Below, in pieces: positions 25,129-32,248 of a stretch of DNA of 32,248 nt; positions within the stretch are counted from its first letter, which is position 1, and every line of letters begins with the position of its first letter. The notes under the pieces are model-generated. The model searched no databases and was not told the origin of the DNA. It saw only the letters and a program-made list of their open reading frames with translations. This stretch comes from an archaeon. GTDB taxonomy: Archaea; Iainarchaeota; Iainarchaeia; Iainarchaeales; 1-14-0-10-31-34. The DNA lies in contig JBDRFE010000032.1 of NCBI GenBank assembly GCA_043819075.1, forward strand, positions 1 to 32,248, in the 5' to 3' direction. The position numbers and the translations under genes were made by a program.

Positions 25129-26097
25129 TTAATCCAGCTCCCCTGCAATATCTGAAAGCACTTTAATTTTTTGTATTCCTTGTTCGAATGGAACGTCAAA
25201 CAGCCTGTCGTTTGGGCCTAAAAAATAGTTTCCGGAAAACTCTGCTTCTGAAAGAAATCTTTCAGCTGTTTCTTTTATTTGATGAATGGATTCAATGCCA
25301 ATTCTTGCGCCATCGACTGCGCCAAGCAAGACATCTTTTTCGGTTTTTATTTTGCTGAAATCAGAGTAAAGCGCATCAATTCCAAGAAAATCAAATGCTG
25401 TTTCATTGAACAAATGCAGTATTTCAGATGCGTCAGCTAAAGGAAAATTTATTCCAGCAGAAAATTTTTTTTCTTTTATTGGTTCAGCAAACTCCTGGCA
25501 AATAAGGCTTTTGTCAAACACTTTTTTCCTTAAATCAAAGCCAATTGAAGGCTCGGAAAAAAATACTGATGAATATCCTTTTTTCTTTAAAGCCGGAATG
25601 CTTTCAGCTAATGCATTAGAATAATCTGCCAGCATTTCCCCTGAGTTTTTGTAAAAAGAGTTTTGAACAAGCCTTGCAAAAGAATAAGGCCCTAAAAGAA
25701 ATGCAATTCCTTTTTCGAGTTCTGGAAGGAATTCAGCTAACTCGTTTCCGTTACAGGAAATCTTTGAATTAATGTTTGGTTTTCTGTAGAAAGTGTTTGT
25801 AGCATACCATCTTGTTACAGGCCCAATGGAGTCTTCGCCAGAAGAATTTCTTTTCTCAAAGCCTGAAAAAGAGTAAGCAATCGGCCTTAATAAATCAAGC
25901 CAGTTCAGCTGGCCTGCAGAAACAAAAGCAAAATTTTTTTGTGCTTTAATTATTTGTTTTTCGTCTTTTTGGATTAATTTCATGAATTGTTCTTGTGTCG
26001 AGTGCCCGTCCCTTAAAAGCCTGTGCTCCTGGATTGTTGAAGCACTTCTTGAAACAATTCCGTTTAATACCGCTCCGTTAAAACCCATTTTTTTCAC
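25129..26097 (-). CDS. MetE N-terminal-half homologue (split MetE)
   Basis: GQLNWLDLLRP, TRWYATNTFYRKP, GPYSF, EPS, GAVDG. Confidence 0.8.
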   Translation of the reverse strand: MKKMGFNGAVLNGIVSRSASTIQEHRLLRDGHSTQEQFMKLIQKDEKQIIKAQKNFAFVSAGQLNWLDLLRPIAYSFSGFEKRNSSGEDSIGPVTRWYATNTFYRKPNINSKISCNGNELAEFLPELEKGIAFLLGPYSFARLVQNSFYKNSGEMLADYSNALAESIPALKKKGYSSVFFSEPSIGFDLRKKVFDKSLICQEFAEPIKEKKFSAGINFPLADASEILHLFNETAFDFLGIDALYSDFSKIKTEKDVLLGAVDGARIGIESIHQIKETAERFLSEAEFSGNYFLGPNDRLFDVPFEQGIQKIKVLSDIAGELD

Positions 26098-26135
26098 CGC
26101 AATAAAAATAATCCTAAATGAACGACATTATTAAA

Positions 26136-26171
26136 AGAATATTTTAAACAAAAAATATTCTCATCAGAATA
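26136..26171. promoter_or_regulatory. Overlapping inverted repeats upstream of the met operon
   Basis: AGAATATTTT-N6-AAAATATTCT (26136-26161) and TATTCT-CATC-AGAATA (26156-26171). Confidence 0.4.
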
Positions 26172-26189
26172 AGCAATAGCTTAAAGCGG

Positions 26190-26561
26190 CTAAAGCATTA
26201 TTGTTCCTTTTTCTTTTTCAAAATGCCTGTCTCCTGTAACAACAGGCAGGCCATAAGACTTTGATACAGCCAGAATAATTGCATCAACCATGCCGAAATT
26301 TTTATCCTGCTGTTTTCTCAGGTAATTAAGCTTTCCTGCAAATTCCAAAACAGAATTGTCAAGAGAGATTACTGCAGACATGCTTTTAACTGCGGTGATT
26401 ATCTTGTTTTCATCAAGTTTTTCTTTCATTATCCAGTAATTCAGTTCTGCCAGGGAAATAGCACAGGTAAAGCACTGAGATTCAATAAGAAACTTTTTTA
26501 CTTTCACGCCTTTTTTTGTTCCCCTAAAAAATTCAACCCAAGCAAAAGTGTCCAAAAGCAT
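26190..26561 (-). CDS. VapC-type PIN toxin
   Basis: LLDTFAWVEFF, SLAEL, GMVDAIILA, VVTGDRHF. Confidence 0.92.
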   Translation of the reverse strand: MLLDTFAWVEFFRGTKKGVKVKKFLIESQCFTCAISLAELNYWIMKEKLDENKIITAVKSMSAVISLDNSVLEFAGKLNYLRKQQDKNFGMVDAIILAVSKSYGLPVVTGDRHFEKEKGTIML

Positions 26562-26767
26562 TAAATCACTCTGTCTTTTTCTCTTCTTATGAAAGGTCTT
26601 GCTTTCACCGAGCCAAACAATTCTTCAGCCATCTTTGTATTTTCCCTGAGGATTGCAACCCTTATTTTAGAGCCTTCCTTTAATTTGTTTTTTGAAACGC
26701 TTTCAGCCGGAATAAGAAGCCCGAAAGACGTGCCAACTTTTCTTATTTTTGCTTCAAACATATCCAC
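26561..26767 (-). CDS. AbrB/MazE-type antitoxin
   Basis: FEAKIRKVGTSFGLLIP......LKEG; TAATG overlap with the PIN gene; GTG start with GGTGG SD. Confidence 0.88.
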   Translation of the reverse strand: MDMFEAKIRKVGTSFGLLIPAESVSKNKLKEGSKIRVAILRENTKMAEELFGSVKARPFIRREKDRVI

Positions 26768-26775
26768 AACACCAC

Positions 26776-26795
26776 CATTATAATCTATTATAATG
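26776..26795. promoter_or_regulatory. Palindrome CATTATAAT-CT-ATTATAATG, candidate antitoxin operator
   Basis: Perfect 9-bp inverted repeat 9-28 nt upstream of the antitoxin start. Confidence 0.55.
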
Positions 26796-26871
26796 ATGTA
26801 TTTAATCTTATTTATTGAAAAGATAAAAGTTCTTAAAGCTGATTATAAGACAATTGACGAAATTTTTTGAA

Positions 26872-28410
26872 TTAGTGCCTGAAATGCCTTGTTCCAGTGA
26901 AAACCAATGAAATATTTTTTTTGTCTGCTGCAGCAATTACTTCTTTGTCGTTAATGCTTCCACCGGGCTGGATTACTGCAGTAATTTTTTCTGAAAGAGC
27001 TTCAATTGAATCAGGGAAAGGAAAAAACCCGTCTGATGCAAGCACTGCGTTAACCATTTTTTCTTTTGCCTGCTCTAAAGCCTGTTTGACTGACTTTACC
27101 CTGCTTGTCTGGCCTATTCCAAGGCCAATTGTTGCATTCTGCTGTGAAATCACTATTGCATTGCTTTTAACGTGTTTTGCGACAGTCCAAGCAAACAATA
27201 ATTCTTTTAACTCTTTTTCTGAAGGCTTTCTTTTTGAAACAACTTTTAATTCTTTTGCTGAAACCTTTTTTTCATCAAATTCCTGTAACAGCAGGCAGCC
27301 TTTGATTCTTTTAAAGTCAAATCCTTTTGGTTCAGCAAAAAAATGGTTTACTTTAATGACTCTCAGATTCTTTTTTGTTTTTAATTCAGTTAATGCATTT
27401 GAATCAAAGTCTGGTGCAATGACAATTTCATTGAAAAAAGAAGTGATTTTTTTTGCTGTCTGCAAATTAACTTTTTTGTTGAATGCAATTACTCCTCCAA
27501 AAGCTGATTCCCTGTCACATTCAAGTGCCTTGTCAAATGCGTCTTCCTGCCTGGCTGAAACTGCAACACCGCAGGGGTTAGAATGCTTTACTATTACCGC
27601 ACAAGGTTCGGAGAATTCTTTTGCAAGGCTTAAAGCCGAGTCTGAGTCAAAATAATTGTTGAAAGACATTTCTTTTCCGTTCAGTAATTCAGTGTCTGCA
27701 AGGGTTCCGTTTGAATTAAGCATTTCTTTGTATGCTGCGGCTTTTTGATGCGGGTTTTCTCCGTAACGCAGAGAAGAAATTTTTTCAAAAGAAAAAGAAA
27801 TTTTTTCAGGAAAGCCTGAAACAAATTTTTCATTAAAGTAATCTGATACAAGACAGTCATAGGATGCAGTTAATTCAAATGCTTTTGCTGCAAGAAATTG
27901 TTTTGTTTTTTCGCTTAACTTGTTTTTGTTTTTTTTGAGTTCTTCCAGAACTGAATTATATTGTTTTGGCTCTGTTATTACTCCGACAAATTCATGGTTT
28001 TTTGCCGCGCTTCTTATCATTGCCGGCCCGCCAATGTCAATGTTTTCAATGCATTCTTTTAAAGAAGAATTTTTTTGGATTGTTTCCCTGAAAGGGTACA
28101 AGTTTACTGCAATTAGATCAATGAATTCAATTTTATTTTTTTTTGCCTGTTCTAAATGAGTTTTATTGTTTCTTAAGGCAAGAATTCCTGCATGGATTTT
28201 TGGATGCAAGGTTTTTACCCTGCCGTCCATTATTTCAGGAAAGCCGGTGAAATCCGAGACTTCCTGAACTTTTATTCCGGCTTTCTTTAATGCCTTGAAT
28301 GTTCCGCCGGTTGAAATAATTTTTATTCCAAGCTTTTGCAGGCCTGAAGCAAATTCTGTTAAGCCTGTTTTGTCTGAAACAGAAATCAATGCTGTCTTTA
28401 TTGTGTTCAT
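26872..28410 (-). CDS. purH: Bifunctional AICAR transformylase/IMP cyclohydrolase (bacterial type)
   Basis: ALISVSDKTG, GRVKTLHP, IDIGGP, LRYGENPHQ, KHSNPCG, ASDGFFPF, RHFRH. Confidence 0.98.
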   Translation of the reverse strand: MNTIKTALISVSDKTGLTEFASGLQKLGIKIISTGGTFKALKKAGIKVQEVSDFTGFPEIMDGRVKTLHPKIHAGILALRNNKTHLEQAKKNKIEFIDLIAVNLYPFRETIQKNSSLKECIENIDIGGPAMIRSAAKNHEFVGVITEPKQYNSVLEELKKNKNKLSEKTKQFLAAKAFELTASYDCLVSDYFNEKFVSGFPEKISFSFEKISSLRYGENPHQKAAAYKEMLNSNGTLADTELLNGKEMSFNNYFDSDSALSLAKEFSEPCAVIVKHSNPCGVAVSARQEDAFDKALECDRESAFGGVIAFNKKVNLQTAKKITSFFNEIVIAPDFDSNALTELKTKKNLRVIKVNHFFAEPKGFDFKRIKGCLLLQEFDEKKVSAKELKVVSKRKPSEKELKELLFAWTVAKHVKSNAIVISQQNATIGLGIGQTSRVKSVKQALEQAKEKMVNAVLASDGFFPFPDSIEALSEKITAVIQPGGSINDKEVIAAADKKNISLVFTGTRHFRH

Positions 28411-28414
28411 AATA

Positions 28415-29020
28415 TTACTCCAATATTTTTACTTTTCTTCCCTCTACTTTTAATTTGTTTTCACAGAAAAGCTTTATTGCTTTTGGATAAATCTCTTGTT
28501 CTGCTTTCTGGATTTTTTCTTTTAATGATTCAGCTGAATCGGTTTCTGAAACAGGAACTGCTTTTTGCAGTATTATCGGGCCAGAGTCTTTTCCTTCGTC
28601 AACAAAAAAAACTGTTGCGCCAGAGATTTTGCAGCCGTAATCTAATACTTCTTTGTGGACTGACAAATTCATGCCCGGAAAAGACGGAAGAAGGGATGGG
28701 TGAATGTTCATTATTTTATTTTTGTAGGCGTCAAGAAATTCTTTTGAAATTAATTTCATATAGCCGATTAATACAACCAAATCAATTTTCCTTTTTTTTA
28801 GTTCGCTTAAAATTTTTGAGTCAAATTCTTCTCTTGAAGCAAAATCTTTTGGTTCAATGAATACTGCATCAATTTTTCTTTCTCCTGCTTTCAGCAGAAT
28901 GCCTGAATCTTTTTTGTCTGAAATCACAACACAAATTTCTGCATTAAATTTTTTCATTGAATCAAATACAGACGGAAAATCTGTTCCGTTTGTTGAGCCT
29001 AAAACAGCAATTTTTTTCAT
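28415..29020 (-). CDS. purN: Phosphoribosylglycinamide formyltransferase
   Basis: NIHPSLLPSFPG, GATVFFVDEGKDSGPII.Q. Confidence 0.96.
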   Translation of the reverse strand: MKKIAVLGSTNGTDFPSVFDSMKKFNAEICVVISDKKDSGILLKAGERKIDAVFIEPKDFASREEFDSKILSELKKRKIDLVVLIGYMKLISKEFLDAYKNKIMNIHPSLLPSFPGMNLSVHKEVLDYGCKISGATVFFVDEGKDSGPIILQKAVPVSETDSAESLKEKIQKAEQEIYPKAIKLFCENKLKVEGRKVKILE

Positions 29021-29913
29021 TTCAAGTCTCCTTTGCAGTCCGAGTTTACCTCGGACGTTTTGCTCAATCTTTTCTTAAAAGATTGTTTTTCTGCTTTTAA
29101 TGTGTTTTCCATCAGGCAGGCAACTGTTAACGGCCCGACTCCGCCTGGAACAGGGGTAATATAAGATGCAATTTTTTTTGCTTCCTCAAAGTCAACGTCT
29201 CCGGCTAATTTTCCGTTTTCAAGCCTTGTAGTGCCTACATCAATTACTACTGCATTCTTTTTTATCATGTCTTTTGAAATAAGCATGGGTTTTCCTACAG
29301 CTGAAATAAGTATGTCTGCTTTTTTTGTGTGTTCTTTCAAGTCTTTAGTGAATTTATTACAGTAAGTCACAGTAGAGTTTTTGTTTAACAGCATTATTCC
29401 TAACGGCTTGCCAACAATATTGCTTGCGCCGACAATAACACAGTTTTTTCCTTCTAATTCAATTTTAAATTCTTCAAATATTTTCATCACGCCTAAAGGC
29501 GTGCAGGGCTTGAAAGAATTCTGGTCTAATTCGCTTTTCCCTATATTCAGGGGATGAAAGCCGTCAACATCTTTTTCCGGCGAAATCAGGTTAACAATTT
29601 TTTTTACATTAATTTGCGGCGGAAGGGGCAGCTGGACTAAAATTCCTGAAACACTGTTATCTTTGTTTAATAATTCAATTAAATCAGTTATTTCTTTTTC
29701 AGGAGTTTTTTCTGCAAAAAAATGCTGGTCTGAAATAATTCCTGTTTCATTGCAGGCTTCATGTTTTTTTTTCACGTAAACCTGTGAAGCAGGGTCGTCT
29801 CCGACAAGAATAAGCGATAATTTTGGCTTTAAGTTTTTTTCTTTTATTTCTTGTTTTACTTTTGCCTTGATTTTTTCTGAAAGATTTTTTCCTTCAATTA
29901 AAATGGCTGTCAT
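29017..29913 (-). CDS. folD: Methylene-THF dehydrogenase/methenyl-THF cyclohydrolase
   Basis: ASQVYVKKK, GILVQLPLP, KDVDG.HP, PCTP.G, TPVPGGVGP; start likely ATG 29913; ATGA overlap with purN. Confidence 0.97.
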   Translation of the reverse strand: MTAILIEGKNLSEKIKAKVKQEIKEKNLKPKLSLILVGDDPASQVYVKKKHEACNETGIISDQHFFAEKTPEKEITDLIELLNKDNSVSGILVQLPLPPQINVKKIVNLISPEKDVDGFHPLNIGKSELDQNSFKPCTPLGVMKIFEEFKIELEGKNCVIVGASNIVGKPLGIMLLNKNSTVTYCNKFTKDLKEHTKKADILISAVGKPMLISKDMIKKNAVVIDVGTTRLENGKLAGDVDFEEAKKIASYITPVPGGVGPLTVACLMENTLKAEKQSFKKRLSKTSEVNSDCKGDLK

Positions 29914-29971
29914 ACATATTTTACTAAATAAAAGCATTTAAAGGATTTGTCTGGCAGCCTGAATTTTTAGC

Positions 29972-30235
29972 TTAAAAATCCGGAAGCAAGCCTGTTTTAT
30001 TGTATGTTCTCAGTATCTGGCCCAGTAATGCCATGTTAAGGTTTCTTCCTTTTATTATTCCCCATTTTTCAAATACATTAAGGTATCCTTTAATGTAATG
30101 CGGGCTTGTCGGACCGCTTGTATGGCCTGTCAGGCTGACTGACAGCAATAATTCAGCCCATAAAGCAGATTTTTTTCTTAAAAGAATTATATTGCTTTGA
30201 ACAATTTTAGGATTATTTTCTTTTCCTGAAGTCAT
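29972..30235 (-). CDS. Hypothetical protein
   Basis: 87-aa ORF co-oriented with its neighbours, TATA-like sequence upstream; no motif recognised. Confidence 0.5.
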   Translation of the reverse strand: MTSGKENNPKIVQSNIILLRKKSALWAELLLSVSLTGHTSGPTSPHYIKGYLNVFEKWGIIKGRNLNMALLGQILRTYNKTGLLPDF

Positions 30236-30328
30236 AAAATATATATGTAATAACTCTGGTTAATACCCCTGTTTTGGCTTAAACATGGTTAATTCATCAA
30301 TTTTTCAGTTTCAGGATTCTTTAACAGT

Positions 30329-30943
30329 TTAAGCTGCTTTTCTCATCAGCCACTGTGTTCTCCTTAATTTAGGCTTTTTTTGATTTGCAGACAGTCTTAT
30401 TATTCTTGTCCGCTTTTCCTTTGCTTTTCTCGTGTCCTGTTTTATTTTCATTTCAAGTTTTTTTACTGCATCGGTATAGGAATAACTCAAGCTTCCGAAA
30501 AAACCACTGTTTTCTGGAATGACTTTTCTTTTTTTCAGCTGTTTTCTTCTTTTGTCGCGAGCACTTTCATGCATAAAATAGCGTAAATCTGGAAATCTTC
30601 TCTTTAATTCTTTAATTACAATTAATTCAAGTAAGTTTGCAATTCCTTTTCCTGCAAGACTCTCAACATCAGCAAAAGGGGAATAATTTTCCCATTTTGC
30701 AGTACCATTGTTAATGCTTAAAATAATCGTACCTAATTCCCTTGAATCAACAGGATTTACCCCAAATTTTTTTATTGATCTATTAAAAGAAGTTAATTCT
30801 TTTCTGACTGCTTTTCTGGTTCTTCTGTCAGAAACAAATGTTTTTGATTTGAATCCTTTTCCCATAACAAAACGAATTCTGAAATAAGTAGAATTAAAAG
30901 CAGGAAATAATATGTGTATTCCAAAGGTTTCTTTTTCTGCCAT
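30329..30943 (-). CDS. Basic hypothetical protein, possible GNAT-like fold (start could be ATG 30865)
   Basis: LAGKGIANLLE resembles GNAT motif A; Arg/Lys-rich termini. Confidence 0.55.
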   Translation of the reverse strand: MAEKETFGIHILFPAFNSTYFRIRFVMGKGFKSKTFVSDRRTRKAVRKELTSFNRSIKKFGVNPVDSRELGTIILSINNGTAKWENYSPFADVESLAGKGIANLLELIVIKELKRRFPDLRYFMHESARDKRRKQLKKRKVIPENSGFFGSLSYSYTDAVKKLEMKIKQDTRKAKEKRTRIIRLSANQKKPKLRRTQWLMRKAA

Positions 30944-30974
30944 AAAAAATTATGGTTTCTTTGATTTAAATACT

Positions 30975-32213
30975 TTAGTAAATCAAGAAATTTCTGCATA
31001 ATTCTTTTATTTCAGAGAAAACTTTTTTTCTCACTGATTCATCATTTCTGTTTTCAATGACTTTGTTAATCCATTCTCCAATGGTTTTCATTTCATCTTC
31101 TTTGAAACCGCGGGAAGTTAAAGCCGGTGTTCCTAAACGGATTCCGGATGGATTGAACGGGCTTTTGGTGTCAAAAGGAATCATGTTTTTGTTAGTATAA
31201 ATTCCTGCTTCATCTAAAATGGTTTCAGCTTCTTTTCCTGAAATGTTTTTGGTTGTTAAGTCAACTAAAACCAAGTGATTGTCTGTTCCGCCTGAAACAA
31301 TCCTGAAACCATAATCCTGCAGGCTGTCAGCCAAAACTTTGGCGTTTTTTATTATTTGTTCAGAATATTTTTTGAATTCAGGCTTTAAGGCTTCCTTGAA
31401 TGCAACTGCTTTGCCTGCATTAATGTGATTGTGAGGGCCTCCCTGCAATCCGGGAAAAACCGCTTTATCAATTTTTTCTGCATGTTCTTCTTTGCATAAA
31501 ATCATTGCCCCTCTCGGGCCTCTTAAAGTCTTATGGGTTGTGGTAGTAACTACATCAAAAAACGGAACAGGGTTTTCGTGGAAGCCTGTACAGCATAAGC
31601 CGGCAATGTGTGCGATGTCTGCAAAAGAAATTGCGTTAACTTCGTCTGCTATTTCTTTTAATTTTTTGAAATCAATTTTTCTTGGATAAGCTGATGCGCC
31701 AGAAATAATCATTTTAGGCTTTTCCTGCAAAGCAGTTTTTCTTATTTCGTCATAGTCAATTAATTCTGTTTCTTTTGAAACACCATAGCCTATGGCAGAA
31801 TATTGTTTTCCTGAAAAACTTATTTTGTGGCCGTGAGTTAAGTGCCCGCCCATTGCCAAGCTCATTCCCATAAACTTGTCGCCTAAATTAAGCAAAGCAA
31901 AAAACACTGCCTGGTTTGCAGGACTTCCTGAGTAAGGCTGGACATTAACGTGTTCTGCGTTAAACAATTTTTTTGCCCTGTTAATTGCAAGCTCTTCTAT
32001 TACGTCAACAAATTCGTTTCCGCCATAATATCTTTTGTGAGGGTAGCCTTCAGAGTACTTGTTTGTGAAAACAGAGCCCATTGCTTCTAAGACTGCCTTG
32101 GAAACATAGTTTTCTGATGCAATCATTTCTAAGCCGTTCATCTGCCTTTTTGTTTCGTCTTCAATTGCATTAAATACATCCAAGTCTGTTTTCTTCAAGT
32201 CTTCCAAAAACAT
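30975..32213 (-). CDS. glyA: Serine hydroxymethyltransferase (bacterial, THF type)
   Basis: [49 protein letters not shown]. Confidence 0.98.
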   Translation of the reverse strand: MFLEDLKKTDLDVFNAIEDETKRQMNGLEMIASENYVSKAVLEAMGSVFTNKYSEGYPHKRYYGGNEFVDVIEELAINRAKKLFNAEHVNVQPYSGSPANQAVFFALLNLGDKFMGMSLAMGGHLTHGHKISFSGKQYSAIGYGVSKETELIDYDEIRKTALQEKPKMIISGASAYPRKIDFKKLKEIADEVNAISFADIAHIAGLCCTGFHENPVPFFDVVTTTTHKTLRGPRGAMILCKEEHAEKIDKAVFPGLQGGPHNHINAGKAVAFKEALKPEFKKYSEQIIKNAKVLADSLQDYGFRIVSGGTDNHLVLVDLTTKNISGKEAETILDEAGIYTNKNMIPFDTKSPFNPSGIRLGTPALTSRGFKEDEMKTIGEWINKVIENRNDESVRKKVFSEIKELCRNFLIY

Positions 32214-32248
32214 TTAGTTTCCCCCTGAAAAAGTAATAAAAAAGAAAG

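Noticed and set aside
25128..25199. N-terminal extension of MetE-C or a frameshifted single metE
   Set aside because: Homology begins at MQEIFLTQEIGS, whose ATG follows the upstream stop by 1 nt, as expected for two coupled genes.
26897..27655. 252-aa ORF on +
   Set aside because: Antisense to the unambiguous purH.
26098..32248. Riboswitches (ZTP, THF, SAM) ahead of pur, fol or met genes
   Set aside because: Intergenic regions are short and AT-rich with no recognisable aptamer; only 35 nt upstream of glyA are visible.

Overview
AT-rich archaeal DNA. BRE/TATA promoters, NucS, a CCA-less tRNA and a lhr/metallophosphoesterase linkage indicate an archaeon. A DPANN lineage such as Iainarchaeota/Diapherotrites is inferred from gene content, not from a search. 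Bases 1 to ~7.9 kb look like the right arm of an integrated mobile element. It carries a D5/P4-type SF3 helicase followed by an inverted-repeat candidate origin, three small zinc-finger genes, a Cys-rich lipoprotein, a wHTH regulator, a ThsB-like TIR gene coupled to a small membrane protein with no ThsA in the window, and a tyrosine integrase with a C-terminal Zn ribbon. The element abuts the 5' side of tRNA-Pro(CGG). The tRNA sits in a ~520 bp GC-rich, hairpin-dense island that includes a ~200 nt multi-branched putative ncRNA I cannot assign to a known class. The rest is host chromosome: prs, a DPS-like ferritin, eno, purD, nucS, a Xaa-Pro peptidase, a DHH phosphoesterase, two PIN toxin-antitoxin pairs, a degenerate CheC/KaiC-like operon, and a bacterial-type folate/C1 cluster (glyA, folD, purN, purH, split MetE, mycobacterial-type MTHFR, 5-formyl-THF cyclo-ligase). 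Direct reading also shows three rearrangement scars: a 30-codon lhr stump, a duplicated purD 3' end, and a promoter+ORF cassette apparently inserted at AAGG into another gene. All family assignments come from motif recognition by eye. No searches or folding programs were run.
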